Assembly: GCA_051294905.1 (NCBI GenBank)
Contig: CM119377.1
Location: forward strand, 28,768,001 to 28,832,000
Reading direction: 5' to 3'
Source: Botryllus schlosseri
Lineage: Eukaryota
DNA length: 64,000 nt
Both the position numbers and the translations under genes were made by a program. The notes under the pieces were generated by a model, which was not told the DNA's origin, searched no databases, and saw only the letters and a program-made list of their open reading frames with translations. Shown one piece after another: positions 24,254-36,293 of the stretch. Position 1 is the first letter of the stretch; each line of letters begins with the position of its first letter.

Positions 24254-24691
24254 TAGGGTTGGGCACAATGATTCGAGTACTCAAATCTGAATCGAGTATT
24301 AATTTTAATTTATCAATGAGAAGTATAGTTTCGATACTAATTTTCACTGTTGAACCCTTGAAACCTTGATTAGACGTACCGTAGCATACAAAACATATAG
24401 TACAAAACTACGAAAATTACTGGACGTAGCACATTTTTGAAGTAATGATCATCCCAAAACATTGTCACCAAGTGGAATGAAATCGGTATGGTCGAAAAAA
24501 TACCAACGTAGTTTTATGTGATGGATAACAGACATTATATTCTTTGTTTAGGCATAAGCGGTACATATTTGAACCTTGACGTATTTCATTGTCGTATGAC
24601 GTCATAATGAGTGATACTCGATTGCTCGACTCGAAGCATATTTCGTGATTCAGAATCGAAGCACTCAGGTACTCGATTCTGCCCAGCCCTA
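24254..24691. mobile_element. hAT MITE (TAGGG termini)
   Basis: TAGGGTTGGGCA/TGCCCAGCCCTA ends; exact TSD GTCATTGG. Confidence 0.85.
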
Positions 24692-25053
24692 GTCATTGGT
24701 GATGTTACGTTATGAGCCAAGACGTAGGCTAACTGCAGTTTGGAACTTGGCCACCTCCGATCAACTGCTAGGATATGCGACCCATCGACCAAATCTACAA
24801 TATTTGAAAGTATTTACTTAAAAACATCTCAGATCTTCATTTTCTACTTGCACGTGAAATACTTTTTACATGTCCCTAAAATTAGGAAGTCTACTTGTAA
24901 TTGAGTAGACATTTTCAACGTTATGCATACTCCTACTTGAGAGCAACACTGATTACTTTGACCATCGCAGCGTTATTTTACCAAACTTGGAAAGTAAAAA
25001 AAAGTAGTCTTATAATCGTTTAAACTGGCAATAATTGCAAATTTATTTCACAG

Positions 25054-25235
25054 AGATGCCCTTCCTACACCGCATCTCACCGGAAGACTTCCTACAACAA
25101 ATCTAAGCGCTTTCAATGTATTGGGTTATGGTAACACATCATTAATGGCTAGAATGGATACCCCAAGAGAGGAGTTCGAATTCATCCTGTATCCGAGGAA
25201 TATCAGCTGCAATGATGGAGCTTTTGAAAAACGAG
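25054..25235 (+). pseudogene. GT31 gene B exon 2
   Basis: TTTCACAG| acceptor, 182 nt, DALPTPHLTGRLPTTNLSAFNVLGYGNTSLMARMDTPREEFEFILYPRNISCNDGAFEKR, donor GAG|GTGCCC. Confidence 0.8.
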
Positions 25236-25679
25236 GTGCCCCGTTTTGTCTCTTTGGTCGTAACAACCTACTTCAATATGCGCTTCGTCCATAACAGGAA
25301 TATTGTCTTACTATAGACAACATTTTTTTGATATATTAATCCTGTTTGACACCATATCATAGACGAGATTGTACAGATTTAGGATAGAGGTTTTTGAATA
25401 CATGTTTGTTTATTACTGTGTCATCGCCCAACCAAAGCCAAACCATTATTAACGAGGACTGATTCAAGCATTGAAGATTACTCGCCCCTAGCAACTTACA
25501 TTCCAGTTACAGCACAGAGTAAAATGTTATATAAGCGGAGGGCTGACGTAAGATTCATAATTTGAGCACAAAATTGCGAGGAGCACAGTGGCGATTATCA
25601 TCGTCCTTCTCCAAACTATTGGTATCCGTTGATAACAACGTACACGGTCATGATGGTGGATTACCCATGCTACATATAG

Positions 25680-26097
25680 TAGGGTTACCATAAGTCCTCT
25701 TTTAGGATGATTTGCCCTCTTTTTTGACTATTTTGAAAGTATCCTCGGAGGACGCCCAAATTTCCTCTATTCCGAGATTTTGTCCTCTTTTCTGAGAATT
25801 CTGGTTAAATATATGGCAAAAATCGACTTAGATGCAGTAAATCAGCACTGAAGTAACGCTCCGCCGGGTATTTCGGGAGCTGGGCCGGAAAGCTGCCCTT
25901 GTTTTAGTCAACCACTAGAAAGTGGGGAATAAAAACTTGTGCTTTGGGCACTGAGCGAGAAAGTTGACCTTTTTTAAGTCAATAGACCACGACGTGGGAA
26001 AAATTTACCATTTTTTCAGCATTTTCCTTCGGTTTTGCAAGTATGAAAATTTCGATAAAGTGTCCTTTTTTCAGATTTTCAAAATGTGGTAACCCTA
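25680..26097. mobile_element. hAT MITE (TAGGGTTACCA termini)
   Basis: TSD ACATATAG/ACAAATAG. Related left ends at about 11698 and 49120. Confidence 0.8.
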
Positions 26098-26714
26098 ACA
26101 AATAGGATATCTACCGACTTCGTGTAGATAAATCCTTATTTATTCGGCTTCAACCATAACTAGACTATTGCGAGTTTTTGATGTAACTCTGGGAGTTATG
26201 CAACGAGATACCGGAAGCTTGTCATATAACCCACGGGAACCAAGAAAACTTGGTTTCAAAATATTTTTATGCCTAAAAATCCATGATTTCGCCAATATCT
26301 CTTCAGCGACTATTGTCACAATAAATTAATACCCGTGCTTGATGTAACTCTGGGAGGTGTACAATCACAATATCATATCAAAAACTTACCACATAATCCA
26401 CGGGAACATAGAGAAAACTAGGTTTCAAATTTTGTTTATACTCATAATTTCATGATTTCGCCACTATCTCTAAAGATGCAATGGTGATCATAATTGATGA
26501 TGGGAAGTGAAGACGACATTACCGCTTCCAACGTCGTCATACAAAGCACTATACCAGGAGTGGGCAAACTACGGCCCGCGGGCCGCATGCGGACCGCGAG
26601 AGTAGTGTGAAAATTTTTTAAAAAATTATTTATAAAATGCGTACTAAAAATCGAAATAATGCAGGGACTTGATTAAACTATTTCTCGGTATATTTCACCA
26701 TTATAATTCTAGGA

Positions 26715-27922
26715 CAGTGGTTCTCGAACTGGGTGGCGTGAAAGCATCAGAAATTGGGCGCAAAGCTGAGCTCAACTGAAAAAAAATTTGCGCTCGGCGT
26801 GATTTACCAACAATTTCATACTTGTTGCTCTGTATTTAGTCTGAATTTCACATTTAACAATCTCTCGTCCATAGCCAGGCCGTGTTATTTTTGGCATTTC
26901 AGGAGCCAGATGCCAAAACTGCCAAAAATAAAAATTTGAAAATGCCAAAAATAACCAAATTTTGGAATATGCCAAAAATAACACAGCCTGCCAATAGTGT
27001 ATTTCGTTCATGGTGTTGTGTTAACAGGACCGAATTACAGGCGAGAAGAGCGTATGTGAAGGGCAGGTATCTTACTCTATGGGTCCAGCCCACCCATTAG
27101 GGGAGAAAGCAGGGTGTCCTAAATGGTGTGGGCACAGCGAGATTGAACGGCTGACTGCACTTGGGTTACGTCATACTTTCCATTCGTCCAAAGGCAATTT
27201 TACGGCCATTTTTGACCAGCTTGCCGAGCGCTAAATTTGATAAAACGGGTATCAATGGAAAGCTTCCGCTGTATTGATTACTAGAATATAAATTGTATTC
27301 TGCTCATGGATCCGGAACCCATAAATTTCGTTGGGTGAAAAATTAATTCAGGAGAAACTTTGCTGACATGAGTTTGGAAGCACTGTTACAGTACTAACAA
27401 TTTAAGTCTATTCAGAAGCGGTAACAATCAGGTGTTTATCGTGTTTCTTAGGTTTCTCATTCTTTTTGCTTATTGGCACCGATTCCGAATGGATACTGCA
27501 CATTTTGTGGTTTCGTTTGATATTATGAACCTATGTAATCACTAGGTTTTTCCTTCTTATTATTGTTAGTTGGTACTGATTATTAGTGGATGCTGCACAT
27601 CTTTTGGTCTCTTTTGATAAACTGACCCAAATAAAGCGTTTTTGTGACTAATTCGAGTCTGAAAATATCTATTTAGAGGTCGATGCCAAAACTTCCAAAA
27701 ATAAAAAATTGAAAAATGCCAAAAAGAAGCTAATTTTGGCAGTTTTGGCATAAGCCAAAAATAACACGGTCTGTCCATAGCCGTAGCCTTCCATGCCATC
27801 AAACTATCCGTTAGGTTTGCTAGCAACCTGATTGCGTTTTGTGATATGACGATAAGGTGGCACGAAATCTTTCACCATCATAAGGGGGGGAAGGCGTGTC
27901 TTAAAAAGTTTGAGAACCACTG
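26715..27922 (-). mobile_element. 298-bp Buster-type MITE family copy interrupted by a nested composite element
   Basis: The two flanking parts join into a copy of the 49414-49711 element; CAGTGGTTCTC termini. Confidence 0.8.
26876..27773. mobile_element. Composite non-autonomous element (left TIR, internal right TIR, cargo, second right TIR)
   Basis: CAGGCCGTGTTATTTTTGGC / GCCAAAAATAACACGGTCTG; exact TSD TCCATAGC (26868-26875, 27774-27781). An extra right TIR lies at about 26971-26990. Confidence 0.8.
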
Positions 27923-28886
27923 TTTTAAGGTAAATACTTCCTATATTATTTTTTATGTTTAATTTATTTTCGCGACAGCCCGATCTCAAGGCCCACACGG
28001 TTTGAAAGGTTTCAACTGCTAAATTTTACAGATATCTTAAACGAGATTGACGTAATTAGAATCATGAGTGGGATGTGGGATTTCAGATTGGCCACTCCAG
28101 TTTTAATTATTTCGGTGATGTGCTTATAAAACCCGCTTTACGCGTGTCTTAGGTAGATTCGTTCTCTGTATGCGTAGAATTGGGCATTTATATTTTATCT
28201 ACACATATAGTAGAAGCGTGTTTGAAGCTAACATGGTTATGATTCTGTGAGCATTGGGTATTATGGAACTGAACCAAAAGTGAAATTAGTAAATCTATGA
28301 ACAGATCGCCGCTCACAGATTTAAATTTCAATCCTGTTCTAAGAATCGGGACGAACCGACCTTCCTCTCTATAGTTTTGAAAAATTGGTTATTGAGGTCG
28401 ACCATCCTATGAAACCTCTCAACCATCGTTCTGATGCGTTTACGATATCATCAAAGCAATGTTTGGTTTGTTTTAAAGAAACACATATATTATCTCCATG
28501 TCCTCACTATATAATCAAATACCAACATTGCGTTTTGGTTTATAATCCAATTTTATATAGTGCGGCCCGCGAGCTCAGAAAGTTTGCCCACTCCTGCACT
28601 TTACTATATTAAAAGTTGTTCTGGTTATGTCCTGGTTAAAATTAAAGTGTTGAGTAGACGTCTCAGCCTTATGAAAGCATTTCAACGCAGAGTTTCCACT
28701 CCACATACCTGTACTTTGTTTACAATATAATAAACAATTCAATATTACCAAAGTTTGTCCGACCGGATCTATTTAGTAGCAGCCTTTCTTTCCCTTACTC
28801 CAAACTCCGACTTGAATTGCTACAAGGACTTATGCTTTCTGATCCCGTGGTTTACATTCCTCCAATAATGTTATTGATGCTTATAG

Positions 28887-29106
28887 CGCTTTGGTCCATG
28901 ATCGTTTGTGTGAAATCCAACATCAAGAACGCCAAGCGACGCAATATCATACGGCAGACGTGGGGAGCGCAAGACCTACTTCAAGCCGTTCGCCTCGCGG
29001 TTCTTTTTGTGGTTGGAACAGACGACAGAATAAATCAGACTGAGATCGATAAGGAACAGAGGTGATACGGAGATTTACTTCAGATCGGTATCAAAGAACA
29101 ATACAC
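28887..29106 (+). pseudogene. GT31 gene B exon 3 with premature TGA
   Basis: 220 nt, near-identical to 3330-3549. In-frame TGA at 29063-29065 where gene A has CGA. Confidence 0.88.
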
Positions 29107-29522
29107 GTATGATACGCCATGGGCAGTCTAAAACTCTCTCAAATGTAGCACTTTATAATCATTACTATGGCTGGGAAAAATCGAGTACCTGAGAGATTCG
29201 ATTATGAAATGAGTATTGAGTTTCGAGTTGAGTCGAATATTCGAGTATCACTCATTATGACAGTAGATGAAAGGCGTAATAAGTCCTAATATGTAGGCCT
29301 ACCTTTTGCTGCCACTAGGAATATAATGCCAGTTGTGCATCAAAATCAAAGATACTTTGGTATTTTGTCAAGCGTGCCTATTTCATTGGACTTGGTGACA
29401 ATCCAGTGGTTCGATCACGACTTTGCAGATATGTGATTTCCAGTAACGCGCATAGACTTGCACTACATGTTTCGTATGCTACGATACGACCAATCGAGAT
29501 ATCAACCTTCCAGAGGGTAAAC

Positions 29523-30099
29523 CAGGGACGGCAAACTTCTCCGGTAGGCGGGCCAGATTTTGGAAATTGAAGTAGGCCTACTTGGTGGGCCGGATTACAG
29601 AATCGATACATTAATCGTGTCTTTTTATCCACCTATACAAGGAATAAATCGTATTTACTGTACACTTCAAGTTTAAAGTATAGAGACCAAAACAGTATTT
29701 ACTGAATATATTGCCCTAGTGTAGCCTACTTCAATAGCTGTTGAAGTCAATCAGACATCTGCGGTCGTTCAAAGTTATTAACAAGTTCTTTGAACACTGG
29801 CTGCATGTCGGATGTAGAAACCCTTAGTACGACTGCACGTAAACAGTGAACATCAGTTATATCGGAACGAGCCTGTTCATGGTCAAAAATGTTTGCTCGC
29901 AAATGTAGGCCCATGTATGGTGGACCCGAACAGAACAAGTAGTTTTATGACAATCTTTCTCAGGTTGACAAACTTGGAATCATTCTGTGACGAATAAGCT
30001 TTGTCAATACTTTCAGATTAGAATATCACCCAGAAAGTAAAAATTCTCTGCAGGCCACTCAAAACCCGTCGCGGGCGGGCCGTATGTTGACCGCCCCCG
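29523..30099 (-). mobile_element. Buster/Charlie hAT deletion derivative with a transposase C-terminal relic
   Basis: ARSDITDVHCLRAVVLRVSTSDMQPVFKELV..PQMSD (29747-29938) resembles the Buster C-terminus; TSD GGGTAAAC/GAGTAAAC. Confidence 0.75.
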
Positions 30100-30123
30100 G
30101 AGTAAACCCTAGTGTCATACGAT

Positions 30124-30753
30124 GGTGTGGACATACGCAAATCTCATGACTCATTGCGACAGGTTTACGTCACACTTTCCAATTAGCAGATTACAATTTG
30201 ACCTTAATTTCTGATTGGCTTGCCGAGCGTGAAATTTGATAAAATTGATATCAATTGAAAGTTACCGATTACGACAACACAAATTTTATTGTGCTCGTGG
30301 TCCTAGAACCCCTAAACATCATCCTCAAATTTTGATTGTAACTGAGCTTGGTATTGCGACGCAGAAATGCCGTCTGGAAGCAAGTGAGAAGCAGCGTAAG
30401 CCGCATGCGTATTGGCTATTGTTCCGCAAGCGATTGAGCAAGAGTATTCACACTCTCACTCTTACTTGCTCGGAGCTGCGGCTGATTATTCCAGCCGGAT
30501 TTGTTGCGTCACAATGAATAACTCCGTTACAATGCAAAATGAGAGGCTGATTTTGAGGGGTTCCAGGAATACCATCACAATCAAATTTATATTATCGTAA
30601 TTTGTTCACCGGTAGCTTTCGATTAATACTAATTTTATCAAAATTTGCGCTCGGCAAGCCGGTAAAAAAATACCGTCAAATTGCCTTCAGCCAAATGGAA
30701 ATTATGACGTAGAGCAATCGCAGTGAGCCACGAGATTTGCTGGTGTCGACACC
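30124..30753. mobile_element. Fold-back MITE with ~200-bp inverted arms
   Basis: GGTGTGGACA..GCAAATCTC vs GAGATTTGC..TGTCGACACC. Single arms at about 13100-13320 and 27125-27330. Confidence 0.7.
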
Positions 30754-30970
30754 TTTGTATGATATTATGGTAAAATACTATCGAACTATAATTTTCGTTG
30801 ATAAATTAACTCTTAGTGCTAAGAAGCACATAATTTCGAAAGACCACATGATTCGAAAGAATCATATTCCACTTCTCGACTAAAATCATAAAAGGCAGCC
30901 TAGTATTCGATCCCGATTCGAGTTCTCCAATCTTTGTGCTCAGTTCTAACTATTACTTTCCAACGCACAG

Positions 30971-32427
30971 GAATGTTGGCTGGAAAGTAGTAGCTGGAAT
31001 GCAATGGGTTAAGTCAGGGGTGGGCAACATACGGCCCGCGGGCCGGATCCGGCCCGCTAAGGGATTTTGTCTGGCCCGCGGACAGTTTTCCGTTTTACAT
31101 GATAATGTGGCCCGCGGCCCTAGTCTGCCGAGATTTTCCACTACTTGCTTACAACGTCAAATTTTAGTGACTGCATAGTGCATGTTATTATATACGTATA
31201 TGCGCAGCGTGCTAGAGTGAAGCTTACGCGTAATTTCGTCGAAGCGAGAAGACTTGCATTATCGGCATTTGCGATGTACTCAACCCTAATGTCGTTTGTG
31301 GTAATCATGGTGTTTTTCGACTACAATGGTCAATTACACCAGGCTGATATTTATTATTTTTCATTCTGTAACCGCCGACTTGTAGCACGGCACACTTCCA
31401 GGCTTTTGTAAGACGAAAACACTGCTTATACCAAGGGGTCGCCAACTCAAAACGGGTCGCGGGCCACTTTTCAAATTTCGTAGAGGTCGCGGACCGCATG
31501 AATTCATTATCGAGATTTCTCAGGCCACACAGTTGAACAACGATGCTATCTCGTCACCTACTCAACCCTAACGAATATATGTGTTGGTAAATTAGGGGTA
31601 CCGGGGTTATCGAACTCCTTGAAATCTTAATTGAGGATTGCACCGTGTGTTGATTGATCAGATAGAAGCAGACATGGCGGCGCCTGTATGACAATGCTAT
31701 TCTCAAATCCACATTGTCTTCGTCATTATCGGCGAGAAATGGCTTTGAAGTGACATTACTGTCGTTAAAATGTATTCATTAAATGCGATTTATTCCTTGT
31801 ATATGTGGAATGTGGATAAATGGGCGGATATTGTATCGATTCAGCAATCCGGCCCGCCAAGTACTTAATTTTCCTATATCCGGCCCGCCGACTCGAGAAG
31901 TTGCCCGCCCCTGGGTTAAGTCGAACTGCCAGAAGCATTGGTTTTACTCGTCAGCGGACGACGACATGATCCCCGATCTGCGCAAAGTCTACGGCGAGAT
32001 ACAGAACCAAATGGCTGGCGACAATTTCTAAAACACGCCCATCACTTGCCAGAACAGCTTTCGCAGTAACCAAGGACCGATCAGAGACATGCATTACCGA
32101 AATTCCGTTCCGTACGAGCACTACTCTAAGGATTCATATCCAAGTTTTTGCACCGGAGGTTTTTATTCGATGCCCGCATCGATGTCGAACGCGATCTATC
32201 AAGTGTCTAGGTATCACAAATATTTCTATAACGACGACGTGTGGTTCACCGCCCTATTGCGACTTTCAGCCGTTGATGCGGGCCTCGTCTGGTGTAGAAA
32301 TGTGACTGATCAGTTCTGTGCAATAGCCAAATTCAAAGGAGGATCGGTTCAGCATGCTTTCGGCAATGAGGAGATAATGTCGCACAAGTTGTCAAGCCTT
32401 TATGCCTCTCCATATAAACCAAAATAA
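30971..32427 (+). pseudogene. GT31 gene B exon 4, split by a hAT insertion and carrying a premature TAA
   Basis: NVGWKVVAGMQWVK [insertion 31015-31913 plus one TSD copy] SNCQKHWFYSSADDDMIP...GDNF* then NTP...YKPK*. Confidence 0.9.
31015..31913. mobile_element. Buster-type hAT insertion in gene B exon 4, with a nested SINE 3' fragment and a MITE end
   Basis: TIR CAGGGGTGGGCAAC/GTTGCCCGCCCCTG; exact TSD GGTTAAGT (31007-31014, 31914-31921). Confidence 0.93.
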
Positions 32428-32453
32428 ATTAAAAGTACTTTACTTTACGTTAC

Positions 32454-32588
32454 TGTTGACCTGTGGTCAGTGGTCACTGTTTAGTATTTATACGAGTAGG
32501 ACTTTCCAACCACGTGCATTATACTCTATATAAAACGCTGAATAAACACTTAAAAACGAGTATACGAGTTTCCCTGCGATTGATAACA
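32454..32588 (+). mobile_element. Possible short solo LTR
   Basis: TGTT...AACA ends with internal TATATAAA and AATAAA; TSD poorly matched. Confidence 0.3.
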
Positions 32589-32876
32589 GGTATAGTTGTA
32601 TAGATATGTTATATGACAGTGGTTATCAGCTTTATTGACCTTGCACACCGGTCAAACTTGCGGACCGGCGGACCTTCAATATTCAAAGCTCACCCAAATT
32701 GCAACTACATAGTATATTTCGGAAACTTCATTTAATGCTGCCTTTTGAACTTTTGAACACTTTAGACGTGTTATCCGTGGATCTATTGAAGTTTCTGCAA
32801 GATTGTTCACTTTCCTTCGAAAAAATTGCGACTTAGCTGTTTGCTACCCTCTATTATACTGTTTAATGTCGTTATA

Positions 32877-33166
32877 TTGTTTGTTTGTTTGTTTGTTTGT
32901 TTTGTGGTATTCATGGTGTTCGTCGACTATGGTCAGTTACACCAGGCCGATACTCTTCATTATTTTCCGTAACTGCCGACTTATAGTACGGCCCATCTCT
33001 AGGCTTTTTGTAAGACACCGCTTTCGCGGATGAGGTGGCGAGGAGGAGCCTAGGTAAACCTCCAACACTTAGGTACCGGAATTCTGAAGTCCACCTCGGT
33101 CGGACTCGAACCCGCACCCATTGGTGTTGCAGCCGCGGATTATACCACTGCGCTATCTCGCCACGC
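32877..33166 (-). mobile_element. tRNA-derived SINE (tRNA-Cys-like head, (CAAA)n tail)
   Basis: A-box TAGCGCAGTGGT, B-box GGTTCGAGTCC, CTGCAAC loop; TSD GTCG(T/C)TATA at 32868-32876 and 33167-33175. Confidence 0.85.
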
Positions 33167-33179
33167 GTCGCTATACTGC

Positions 33180-33900
33180 AATGTCGAAATTCAATGTATT
33201 TATTTAAACTTCTTATTATAGCCTTGACATCATTGTCCCTAACGGCTTTTAGGCTACTACTGCTAGTGAGCCTGGAAACGCTTGAGTGAGAGTTTTCTAT
33301 TATTGGTAAGGGGAGGATACTCAGTCCAGTGCTCTGAATGTCTATGGTGAAGAAATCCAACTGAGCACGGATAAATGGCAGGAGTAACTGGTAGCCCGTC
33401 GCATTATTCAGTACCAGAGAAGTAGCTCTTGGTTTAAAAAAGGTTTGTGACCTCTGTTTAAAGAGTTTCACACTTGCAGCAGTTTTACGTACGCCAGGCC
33501 CAAAGCAGACCATTAACTATATTAAGACACCATGCAGAAAATACGTTTCAAGTTTCTAAATAAATTGAAAATTAAGATGCTTCGTTCATCTAGTCTAGTG
33601 TTGTCCAAACTTTTTTGAGCTGCCGCCCCCTGGACAACCAGTAATGTGCCATTGCCTCCCCTCGACCCCTTCACCACGCCTAAATCATAAGACAAAAGTT
33701 GGTATGCATTTACAAGGGCTAATAATGAGAGGGATGCAGCTGGTGCATTATTATCACCATTCTCGTCATAATGGGTTTGAGTTTCGATAAGAACAATATC
33801 ATTCGTAAATCTCCAGTTTCCATGTGCCGTGCTGTCAAGTCGGTTTCTGCTGTGAGTTGAAAACTTGGTCACGGTACTGAAAACACAATCAAAACGCCGA
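33180..33900 (-). mobile_element. L2/CR1-group LINE ORF2 relic (endonuclease-RT linker)
   Basis: WRFTNDI... and DFFTIDIQSTG...KAVRDNDVKAIIRSLNK resemble the PWxTxxI and VxxxEVxxIIxSL motifs. Confidence 0.4.
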
Positions 33901-34061
33901 TAATATCAACTCTACTCCCAATGAAAGTATTTCTAATTGATTGAATTGAAATTTCACGGGCTTATCACGGAATCCGGACAATGTCATTTTAACCTTTATC
34001 ATGGTGTCATCAATACTTAAAACGTAAGCTATATATTCTACTCATAGATTTTGGAAAATAT

Positions 34062-35333
34062 CAGAGGTGGTAAAAGTAGTCAAGAAAGCTACTCAAGCAG
34101 CAGTAGTAAAAGTAGCGACGAAAAAATCCACTCAAGTACAAGTAGAAGTGCTCCTTTCATAAGAAACCTAAAACTACTGGAAGTAGAAGTAGAATTGACT
34201 GACCTTAAATCTACTCAAGTAAGTAAGTAGTTTTGAAAATGATCGTAATTCGTTTGCATGGACTGTGAAAAGCTGCAAATTGAGGTATGCGGAAGGTGTA
34301 GAGAGCTTGATTCATATTGATGCATCCCAGGAGGTGTCAATTTTTGACAGATTAAGCGGTCGTCCATATCATGGGATGTAAATGAGTGTATTGATACGGA
34401 ATGCGATACTAATTCTTAGTTTACTCGAACAGCCCGTTTTAGAGAACATACTTTGGCACGGCGCCCTTTCCCATATTATAAGGCCCCTAGTTCAGTCGAA
34501 GAGCAATACGAAGAAGTTGTACTGCATACAGCTTTAACACGTGGCGCGATTAGTATACGTTAATTTAAAATATGGCGGATCGTAAAAATGCCATATATAG
34601 CTTTATATTCGAAAAATATAAGGCATTATTACACTTGCTTCTATACTTCAACATGCATGTTTTCCAGAGAAAAGAACTGAAGCTATGATTAGAACCCAAT
34701 GTATAATACTCGTAATTGACAGAAAAATACAAATACTACTTTTAATAACCGGAAAATATATTTCATGTCTTTTGTCCAGAAAGTTTTGAAGGTGCTCTGC
34801 TAAAACAAGTCTAACGGTAAAAAAGTCGAAGTCCACTCTTCCAAATTTGGACACGTCATGGGCTAGGTATAATAGGTTATTGCCAGATTGCGAAACGATA
34901 GTTTCAAACGTTATGGGGGGCGATACTTACTGTGATGAAATATTTGGTATAGGTGACAATGCGGTGTGAACGGAACCACTCAACCCGGTATCTAAATATA
35001 TTCAGCGATGCTTTCGTTAGACATATGCGTCACACCATATTTACTGTGCGCGAAGCGCAACGGAAATTGTGGGTATTACATGACTTTTATGAAACTTAAA
35101 TGTTGGTACCACGTGAAAACAGCCCCGAAATTCCTTAGGCTGTCTTTCTTATTTGGGAATTAAGCTACGTCTACTTGACAAACTGAAAATAGGGAAAACT
35201 AAGTAGGTAGTTCACAAAATAAATACAAAGTAGAAGTAGCGAAAAAAGATCAACTCAAGTAATTACCAGAAGTAGACGAAAACTGCTCGAGTACTTCGAA
35301 AAAGTAAAACTACTTCGTTACTGACCACCTCTG
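34062..35333. mobile_element. 1.27-kb non-autonomous hAT (CAGAGGTGG termini, AAGTAG subterminal repeats)
   Basis: Exact TSD GAAAATAT (34054-34061, 35334-35341). Confidence 0.9.
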
Positions 35334-36293
35334 GAAAATATGCCCCTCAAGTAGAAGCGATACCGTTGCACGCAACCATAACGTCGTGTCGAAGGCCACG
35401 GTCACGGCACTGTGGAAAATCCACGATCGTTTGAAACAGAGATTAAAATCACGCCAGACAGTTTCTCTTCAAAAGTCACCACACCTTGCAGTGAGCAACA
35501 ACTGCTTAAATACTTCGTAGTTCTCCAAGCACACAATGAACCACGCTTTCTAGGGATTCCGCCGACTGATAATTACTCCATTGATGGCCAGGATCAACAT
35601 TGTTACGTAACAATGGACTTTCTGGGACAGTTGAATAAATAGACGGACGGCCCCAAATTGCCCTGACTGAACCGATTTCGCATTTTTACTGCGTATTTAG
35701 CTGCTTCATTTATCAATCTTATCAACACTACGCAGCAGTTTTTATCCCGATATTGAAGTCATGCGGCCCGCGGCCTCTACGAATTCTGAAAAGTGGCCCG
35801 CGACACGTTTTGAGTTGGCGACCCCTGGTTTGAATGATTCCAAATCGTGTTCGTTGACTTTTTTAGTGCACGTTTTCGGAAAGCTCATACCACACTCTCT
35901 GCGAAAAGAGTGTGTATTTCCACCAATGTCCCACCCCTGATATACGGTTGTTAATATACACCCATTACACAGGAAAGCAGATCCTACCTCAGAGTTAAGC
36001 CGCGGTAGAAATCGAGAACAACATTTTAATCCAAATTATCAATGCACTTACTATTTATGACCGCGATATAATTCTGAGTTCATTTCTGTTTTCATGTACC
36101 TACCTTTTCAGCCAGTAAGGTGTGAACACACCCACTCTTTTCGCTAAGTGTACATGTTTTTCTTCGAAATTAACTACACAATTTTGACATAGGCCTAATT
36201 ACGACACATAATCTTTTTTCAAGTGGCATTTATTTAAAACACTGTTTAAAATATCATATGCGTCCCACAAATAACTAACATCTTCCATCTTAA

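Larger units (their letters stand above)
20952..32427 (+). pseudogene. GT31 gene B, pseudogenised tandem duplicate of gene A
   Basis: Exons 20952-21079, 25054-25235, 28887-29106, and 30971-31014 + 31922-32427. Exon 2-4 lengths match gene A (182/220/550 after removing the insertion). Lesions: CGA>TGA at 29063-29065, an 899-bp hAT in exon 4, GAA>TAA at 32029-32031. Confidence 0.9.

Noticed and set aside
26754-27100. Lys/Pro-rich repetitive ORFs (MPKITK...)
   Set aside because: These are translations of GCCAAAA subterminal repeats of a transposon.
29063-29065. In-frame TGA in gene B as selenocysteine or programmed readthrough
   Set aside because: It replaces CGA (a CpG transition) at a non-catalytic Arg, and the same gene also has a TAA and a transposon in exon 4.
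32911-33513. 200-aa ORF as a gene
   Set aside because: It is a chance fusion of a LINE linker relic with the downstream SINE.
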